DNA from: Cyclobacteriaceae bacterium
GTDB taxonomy: Bacteria > Bacteroidota > Bacteroidia > Cytophagales > Cyclobacteriaceae
Length of the DNA: 64,000 nucleotides
Reading direction: 5' to 3'
Assembly (NCBI GenBank): GCA_965224285.1
Contig: OZ245043.1
Coordinates: 4,323,909 to 4,387,908, forward strand
This document shows, piece after piece, positions 58,780 to 64,000 of this stretch. Every line of letters starts with the position of its first letter. The stretch's first letter is position 1. The notes under the pieces are model-generated. The model worked only from the letters and a program-made list of their open reading frames with translations, made no database searches and had not been told where the DNA came from. The translations under genes were made by a program, and so were the position numbers.

Positions 58780-59160
58780 ATGAAGAATAAACTACTGTTA
58801 TTATTTTCCATACTTACCCTATCTACCGCAACTGTGTGGGCTCAAAACGACACAGAGGGAGAGGGTTATGTCGGTGAAAATAATGAACTTACCGAATCGC
58901 TTGATTTGGAAAGAGTAGTTGAATTCTACCCCAATCCCGCTACAGATTATCTAAATATCGTGGTCCGAAACTCCGAATTGGTTCAAATCCAATTCGAGAT
59001 ATACGATATTATCGGGAATGCCATAAAAATAGATCCTGAGAAAATCACCAGTGATCGGTATCGGGTACCGGTGGGGGACCTGCATGCTGGATACTACATG
59101 CTCATCGTAAAAGATCCTTACAGCCGCTACCGGCAAATATTTAAATTCGGCAAAAGATAA
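58780..59160 (+). CDS. Small T9SS type-A C-terminal sorting domain protein with almost no cargo
   Basis: Signal peptide MKNKLLLLFSILTLSTATVWAQ, a ~25-aa acidic linker, then the CTD pattern EFYPNPATDYLNIVV...FEIYDIIGN...GYYMLIVKD. Confidence 0.78.
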   Translation: MKNKLLLLFSILTLSTATVWAQNDTEGEGYVGENNELTESLDLERVVEFYPNPATDYLNIVVRNSELVQIQFEIYDIIGNAIKIDPEKITSDRYRVPVGDLHAGYYMLIVKDPYSRYRQIFKFGKR

Positions 59161-59167
59161 TTGATGT

Positions 59168-59190
59168 ACCCCGATATTCTCGGGGTTTTT
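59168..59190 (+). terminator. Rho-independent terminator
   Basis: ACCCCGA-tattc-TCGGGGT is a 7-bp GC-rich stem with a 5-nt loop. It is followed by TTTT and begins 8 nt after the stop codon of the 58780 gene. Confidence 0.8.
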
Positions 59191-59192
59191 AA

Positions 59193-60644
59193 TTAGAACT
59201 CCGCGCTCCCCGGGGTACGGGGAAAAGGTATCACGTCCCTGATATTGGCCATGCCGGTCACGAACTGCATCAAGCGTTCAAAGCCCAGCCCAAATCCGCT
59301 GTGAGGGGTAGTCCCGAATTTTCGTAATTCAAGGTACCACCACAATTCTTCTTGAGGCACCCCCATTTCTTGCATGCGATGGACTAATTTTTCATAACGC
59401 TCTTCCCGTTGCGATCCACCGATCACTTCACCGATTCCCGGGAATAAGACGTCCATAGCGGCTACGGTTTTGCCGTCATCGTTTGAACGCATATAAAATG
59501 ACTTGATCTCCTTAGGATAATTGTACACCACCACCGGTTTCTTAAAATGTTTCTCCACCAAATATCTTTCGTGTTCAGATTGTAAGTCGCTGCCCCAACC
59601 CTCTACCAGGAATTGAAATTTTTTCTTTTGATTGGGCTTGCTTCGTCGCAGGATCTCGATAGCTTCTCCATATTCGATCCTGATGAATTCATGGTCCCTT
59701 ACAAATTGCAGTCTCTCCAGCAAACTCATTTCCTGCCTTTGATGTTTGGGCTTTTGGTTCTCTTCATCGCGGTTTCGCCGGTCCAGAAATTCCAGGTCGT
59801 CGACACAATTAACCAGCGCTGCTTTCACCAGGAATTTCAGGAAATCCTCGGCTAGATCTATATTATCCCCCAGGTCATAAAAGGCCATTTCCGGCTCAAT
59901 CATCCAAAATTCTGCCAGGTGCCTGGACGTGTTGCTATTTTCAGCGCGAAAGGTGGGACCAAAGGTATAGACCAGACCCAATGCCTGGGCTGCTATCTCA
60001 GCTTCCAACTGCCCGGAAACCGTTAAGTTGGTTTCACTGCCAAAAAAATCGTGACGATAGTCGATATTTCCGTTCTCGTCCAGAGGAGGGTTTTTAGGAT
60101 CTATGGTAGTTACCCGGAACATCTCCCCAGCCCCTTCCGCATCCGAACCGGTTATGATCGGGGTGTGTACATTCAGGAATCCTCTTTGGTGGAAAAAGGT
60201 ATGTACCGCGTAGATCATTTGATGCCGCATGCGATATACTGCGCCAAAGGTCTGACTCCTCGGCCGCAGGTGTGCGATCTCCCGTAAAAATTCCAAAGAA
60301 TGCTTTTTGGGCTGCAAGGGATATTCCTTGGGGTCAGCTACACCCACCACCTGGATATCCATAGCTGCCAATTCCACTTGCTGTCCCTGGCCCATTGATT
60401 CCTGAAGCTTACCCTGTGCAATGATACTGCTTCCGGTAGTGATCTCCGCCCTCAGATCCTCACTAAATGCCTTAGGATCTGCTACTATTTGTAAATTGTG
60501 ATGACAAGAGCCATCATTAAGAGCAATAAAGATTACGTTTTTACTTTCTCGCTTATTCCTAACCCATCCCTGTACTTTAACCGGTGTATCCTTAGGAGGG
60601 TTATCAAACAGGTCAACAATTCTGTAAGGCTTTGCAGAGGTCAC
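59193..60644 (-). CDS. asnS: Asparagine--tRNA ligase
   Basis: Class IIb aaRS with an OB-fold N-terminus, [21 protein letters not shown], and GSAEF at the C-terminus. Confidence 0.93.
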   Translation of the reverse strand: MTSAKPYRIVDLFDNPPKDTPVKVQGWVRNKRESKNVIFIALNDGSCHHNLQIVADPKAFSEDLRAEITTGSSIIAQGKLQESMGQGQQVELAAMDIQVVGVADPKEYPLQPKKHSLEFLREIAHLRPRSQTFGAVYRMRHQMIYAVHTFFHQRGFLNVHTPIITGSDAEGAGEMFRVTTIDPKNPPLDENGNIDYRHDFFGSETNLTVSGQLEAEIAAQALGLVYTFGPTFRAENSNTSRHLAEFWMIEPEMAFYDLGDNIDLAEDFLKFLVKAALVNCVDDLEFLDRRNRDEENQKPKHQRQEMSLLERLQFVRDHEFIRIEYGEAIEILRRSKPNQKKKFQFLVEGWGSDLQSEHERYLVEKHFKKPVVVYNYPKEIKSFYMRSNDDGKTVAAMDVLFPGIGEVIGGSQREERYEKLVHRMQEMGVPQEELWWYLELRKFGTTPHSGFGLGFERLMQFVTGMANIRDVIPFPRTPGSAEF

Positions 60645-60773
60645 GCTTTAAACAGGATTTGTGCACAACTAAGTCCGTCAAACCTCAAAAATCCCCCGAT
60701 GGAAAGAGGTTGAAAAACGGCTGTAAATCAACTATAATTTTACTGTTTTAACAAAGAAAACGGAGAATTATAA

Positions 60774-60781
60774 TAAATTTG
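60774..60781 (+). promoter_or_regulatory. Bacteroidota sigma-A -7 box candidate (TAnnTTTG) for rpoN
   Basis: TAAATTTG lies 39 nt upstream of the rpoN ATG. No convincing -33 TTTG was seen. Confidence 0.3.
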
Positions 60782-60819
60782 CATCTGTCAAAAATCTAAT
60801 TTTCAAAGCTGTTCGCTGA

Positions 60820-62262
60820 ATGCAAAAACTTGGTTTAACCCAGAGTTTAAATCAAAAGCTCTCACCTCAGCAAATCCAGTTTATCAAACTTTTGCAAATA
60901 CCTACCGCAGAGTTAGAGGCTAGGATCGAAGAGGAACTTGAGGTTAACCCCGCCTTAGAGGAAGGGGCGGAGGAGAAGGTGGACGATCTCGAGCGCGACT
61001 CAGAGGACGAACAGGCTAATGAAAAAGAGGACGATGTCGACGTAGAGGAGTACCTGCGTGATGATGATTTCAGCGGCTATAAGATGCAGGGGGATGGCAA
61101 TTACAACGATGAAGATAAGGAAATGCCAATTCCTATGGCTACCACCCTTAATGACCAGCTTATTTCTCAATTGGGATTCTTGGGTTTGGACGAACGACGG
61201 GAATTGATCGGGATGCAATTGATCGGCAGTATTGAAACCGACGGGTATATACGCCGGGAGTTGGAGGCCATTATTAATGACCTGGCATTTTCCCAAAATA
61301 TTGAAACTACTGTAGAGGAGCTGGAAGAAATATTGGAGATGATCCAGGGTTTCGACCCGCCGGGGATCGCCGCCCGGAACTTGCAGGAGTGTTTGTTGTT
61401 ACAATTAGAAAGGAAAAAGGATCCATCGGAGGATCAAAAAGTTGCCATCGATATTTTAAAACACTGTTTTCCGGAGTTCACCAAGAAGCATTATCAGAAA
61501 ATAATAAAGAAGTTAGATCTGGAGTCTGAGGAGGACTTAAAGGATGCAATTGTGGCGGTAACCAAGCTCAACCCCAAACCAGGTAATGTCTCCAGTACCA
61601 TAGTAAAACCCCAGGTGCGGATCCCGGATTTCATTATTGAAAACGACGAAGGAAGTTTAAGGGTAACCCTTAACTCCCGAAATGCCCCTGAACTCAGAGT
61701 GAGCAGGTCTTACGCTGAGATGATGGACAGCTACAGTAAAAGTGACAAAAAAGATAAGAAGCTCAAGGAAACGGTCACCTTTGTCAAACAAAAGCTGGAT
61801 GCGGCCAAGTGGTTTATCGATGCCATAAAACAACGGCAGCAGACTCTGCTCAATACCATGAGCGCCATCATGAACTACCAATATGACTTTTTCCTGGAGG
61901 GGGATGAGAGCAAACTCCGGCCCATGATCCTGAAAGACATCGCGCAAAAGATCAACATGGATATCAGCACGGTTTCCCGGGTGGCCAACAGTAAGAGTGT
62001 GCAGACTGAATTTGGGGTTTACCCATTAAAGTATTTCTTCTCAGAGGGTATTTCCACGGAATCCGGCGAAGATGTCAGTAGTAGAGAGGTTAAACATACC
62101 CTAAAGACCCTGATAGAGCAGGAGAACAAACGAAAACCCCTTTCCGACGATAAGCTGGAGAAACTGCTAAAAGAAAAAGGTTATAAGATTGCCCGTCGCA
62201 CAGTGGCCAAATATCGCGAACAGCTGGAAATTCCAGTGGCCAGATTAAGAAAAGAGTTATAG
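60820..62262 (+). CDS. rpoN: RNA polymerase sigma-54 factor
   Basis: Gln/Leu-rich region I (LTQSLNQKLSPQQIQFIKLLQ), an acidic region II, and the C-terminal RpoN box ARRTVAKYRE. Confidence 0.94.
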   Translation: MQKLGLTQSLNQKLSPQQIQFIKLLQIPTAELEARIEEELEVNPALEEGAEEKVDDLERDSEDEQANEKEDDVDVEEYLRDDDFSGYKMQGDGNYNDEDKEMPIPMATTLNDQLISQLGFLGLDERRELIGMQLIGSIETDGYIRRELEAIINDLAFSQNIETTVEELEEILEMIQGFDPPGIAARNLQECLLLQLERKKDPSEDQKVAIDILKHCFPEFTKKHYQKIIKKLDLESEEDLKDAIVAVTKLNPKPGNVSSTIVKPQVRIPDFIIENDEGSLRVTLNSRNAPELRVSRSYAEMMDSYSKSDKKDKKLKETVTFVKQKLDAAKWFIDAIKQRQQTLLNTMSAIMNYQYDFFLEGDESKLRPMILKDIAQKINMDISTVSRVANSKSVQTEFGVYPLKYFFSEGISTESGEDVSSREVKHTLKTLIEQENKRKPLSDDKLEKLLKEKGYKIARRTVAKYREQLEIPVARLRKEL

Positions 62263-62990
62263 TGCTTAAAAAGCTGGCCCAATTAGTTTCCCTGTTATTG
62301 CATCCCCTTTGGATTCCCACTTATTTGTTTGCCCTGGTTTTCACCTTTACCCCCACACTGGCTACCCCCATCAACCGGGAATCCATGCCGTTATTTTTAG
62401 TATTGGTATTTCTGTTGACAGGCCTGATACCACTATTGAGTGTGGTAGTTTTGCGATTACCCTACTTTTTGCTATTAAATAAAGTATGGCGGCGGAGCAG
62501 GACCCAAAATTGGAGTTCCCGCAGATCCTTATATAGTCTCAGGTCACAAGTGGAAAAGGTGCGCAAGAATTCAGTAGTGCACAGCTTTGCCATGTCCCAT
62601 CGCTGGGAGAGGGTAGTGCCTTTTTTTATGATCACCGTTTTCTATGTAGCGGTATGTGTCATGTTAAGCGGTCGCCTGGGCTGGGGCAGTTTTTTTATTG
62701 TGGCCATGATGACGGTGGCCTTTACCAGCCTGGTAGTGTCTCTGATCACTTTGATGTGGAAGATCAGTGTGCACAGTGTAGCCATCAGCAGTTTGATCGG
62801 CTTTTTGCTGGCAGTAATGCTGGCCCGGGCAGAAAGTATACTTTTGGTACCCCTATCCCTCAGCATAATTGCCGGCGGGGTGCTGATGTCCTCCCGCTTA
62901 TATCTCAACCAACACACCCCGCTGCAGGTAGGCCTGGGGTGCCTTACCGGGTTTTTAATTAGCTTTACAATATCCTATTGGTATTTCTGA
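62262..62990 (+). CDS. Integral membrane protein, PAP2-phosphatase-like
   Basis: Six hydrophobic helices. KISVHS and SSRLYLNQHTPLQV resemble PAP2 motifs C2/C3 (SxH; SRxxxxxHxxx). The GTG start overlaps the rpoN stop (TAGTG). Confidence 0.45.
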   Translation: MLKKLAQLVSLLLHPLWIPTYLFALVFTFTPTLATPINRESMPLFLVLVFLLTGLIPLLSVVVLRLPYFLLLNKVWRRSRTQNWSSRRSLYSLRSQVEKVRKNSVVHSFAMSHRWERVVPFFMITVFYVAVCVMLSGRLGWGSFFIVAMMTVAFTSLVVSLITLMWKISVHSVAISSLIGFLLAVMLARAESILLVPLSLSIIAGGVLMSSRLYLNQHTPLQVGLGCLTGFLISFTISYWYF

Positions 62991-62999
62991 CCCAACGCT

Positions 63000-63779
63000 A
63001 TGTATAAATATCTTACCCTGGAAATAAAGGATGGTGTAGCCACCCTCACCTTAAACCGCCCAGAAGTTTACAACGCATTTAATGATGGCCTGACCGATGA
63101 TCTGCAGGCCGCATTGGGATCTTTAAAAAAAGATTTATCAGTAAGGGTGGTGGTGATCACAGGTGCCGGTAAGGCCTTCAGCTCAGGACAAGACCTAAAG
63201 GAAGCCAATGCCCAGCCGGATCGTCCATTTTCCGATAGCATTAAAAAGAGATACAACCCCATTATACGGGCTGTTCGCAAGATGCCCAAACCGGTGATCT
63301 GCCGACTTAACGGAGTGGCTGCCGGCGCTGGCTGCTCTCTGGCCCTGGCGTGTGATATGATAATAGCGGCCAAGGAGGCTAAGCTAATAGAAGTGTTCAT
63401 CAATATCGGCCTGGTCATGGACTCGGGATCCACTTTCTTTCTGCCCCGGCAGGTAGGTTACCAAAGGGCTTTTGAAATGGCAACCATGGGCACCAGGCTT
63501 TCCGCTGAACAGGCTTTGGACTGGGGTTTGGTCAATGCGGTGGTACCCTTGGAGCAGTTGGATGATCTGGTGAAAAGTCATACGGATTATTTTGCCAAGG
63601 CGCCAACCAAGGCCATCGCCATGATCAAAAAGATGCTGAACCGGTCGGAATACCTAAACTTGGACCAAGTGTTAAAGATGGAGGCCCGCTATCAGGATAA
63701 TGCCGGCGCCACCAACGACCACAAAGAAGGTGTGCAAGCCTTTATGGAGAAGAGGCCCCCTGAATTTAAAGGAAATTAA
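63000..63779 (+). CDS. Enoyl-CoA hydratase/isomerase (crotonase family, PaaG-like)
   Basis: VVITGAGKAFSSGQDL, NGVAAGAGCSLALACD and a C-terminal HKEGVQAFMEKRPPEFKG. Confidence 0.85.
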   Translation: MYKYLTLEIKDGVATLTLNRPEVYNAFNDGLTDDLQAALGSLKKDLSVRVVVITGAGKAFSSGQDLKEANAQPDRPFSDSIKKRYNPIIRAVRKMPKPVICRLNGVAAGAGCSLALACDMIIAAKEAKLIEVFINIGLVMDSGSTFFLPRQVGYQRAFEMATMGTRLSAEQALDWGLVNAVVPLEQLDDLVKSHTDYFAKAPTKAIAMIKKMLNRSEYLNLDQVLKMEARYQDNAGATNDHKEGVQAFMEKRPPEFKGN

Positions 63780-64000
63780 AAGAGGTTAAAGGCAATGCCG
63801 ATCTGGGTGTGATTGGAGTCAGTTGGGCCCGTGCCGCTTTCAAACAGGTCGTTGAGGCCGTAATAGTAATAAACCGCAACACCGGCAATACCTACCCCGG
63901 CCTGAATACCATATCGAAAACGGTTTAATTCAAAGTTATCTTTGGTTTTTAGTTTGTTGTCTTCGCCGTCCAGCTTAAAATTGATTTTAGTGTGGCTGCT
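63776..64000 (-). CDS. Outer-membrane beta-barrel protein, C-terminal fragment (5' part off window)
   Basis: Manual reverse translation gives ...KINFKLDGEDNKLKTKDNFELNRFRYGIQAGVGIAGVAVYYYYGLNDLFESGTGPTDSNHTQIGIAFNLF*, with alternating beta-strand pattern and a terminal Phe. Confidence 0.55.
   Translation of the reverse strand, partial: SSHTKINFKLDGEDNKLKTKDNFELNRFRYGIQAGVGIAGVAVYYYYGLNDLFESGTGPTDSNHTQIGIAFNLF

Noticed and set aside
60498-60713. 71-aa + strand ORF spanning the asnS start and the asnS-rpoN spacer.
   Set aside because: Two thirds of it overlaps asnS in antisense. It has no motifs, and the spacer is better explained as divergent promoter DNA.
1-64000. CRISPR arrays, transposases, integrases, prophage genes and toxin-antitoxin pairs.
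   Set aside because: No regularly spaced direct repeats were seen. No ORF showed DDE/tyrosine-recombinase, phage-structural or small paired TA features.

Overview
Tightly packed chromosomal segment from a Bacteroidota genome. Markers are gldH, a T9SS C-terminal sorting domain, the BT_3928, DUF1599, DUF2723 and GWxTD families, rpoN and frequent TTG/GTG starts. A finer taxon cannot be resolved without a database search. I count about 55 protein genes and see no rRNA, tRNA, CRISPR array, transposase or integrase. Most of the window is housekeeping: tdh-kbl, folP-cdaA, aroK, proS, nfeD-floA, hemA, purD, recQ, panB, icd, nnr, asnS and rpoN. Accessory content falls into four groups. (1) An AT-richer Wzx-type glycan locus of about 10 kb (41.3-51.4 kb) carries 4-5 glycosyltransferases, a pyruvyl transferase, two methyltransferases and a Wzy-like membrane protein. 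It lies next to a 1000-aa DUF2723 GT-C-like enzyme. (2) A two-gene minus-strand operon (10157-13136) encodes a very unusual acidic/aromatic/Arg-Ser-rich lipoprotein plus a FadL/PorV-like beta-barrel. It is preceded by a perfect sigma-54 -24/-12 element. I rate this the best candidate for an undescribed system. (3) A membrane-anchored ComEA-like HhH protein sits next to a 1352-aa DUF4011 SF1 helicase. (4) A self-contained mini-gene encodes a cargo-less T9SS sorting-domain protein. A striking architectural feature is that 8 of 10 convergent gene pairs overlap at their stop codons, 6 of them by exactly 4 nt. All functional calls rest on motif recognition by eye; no searches were run.
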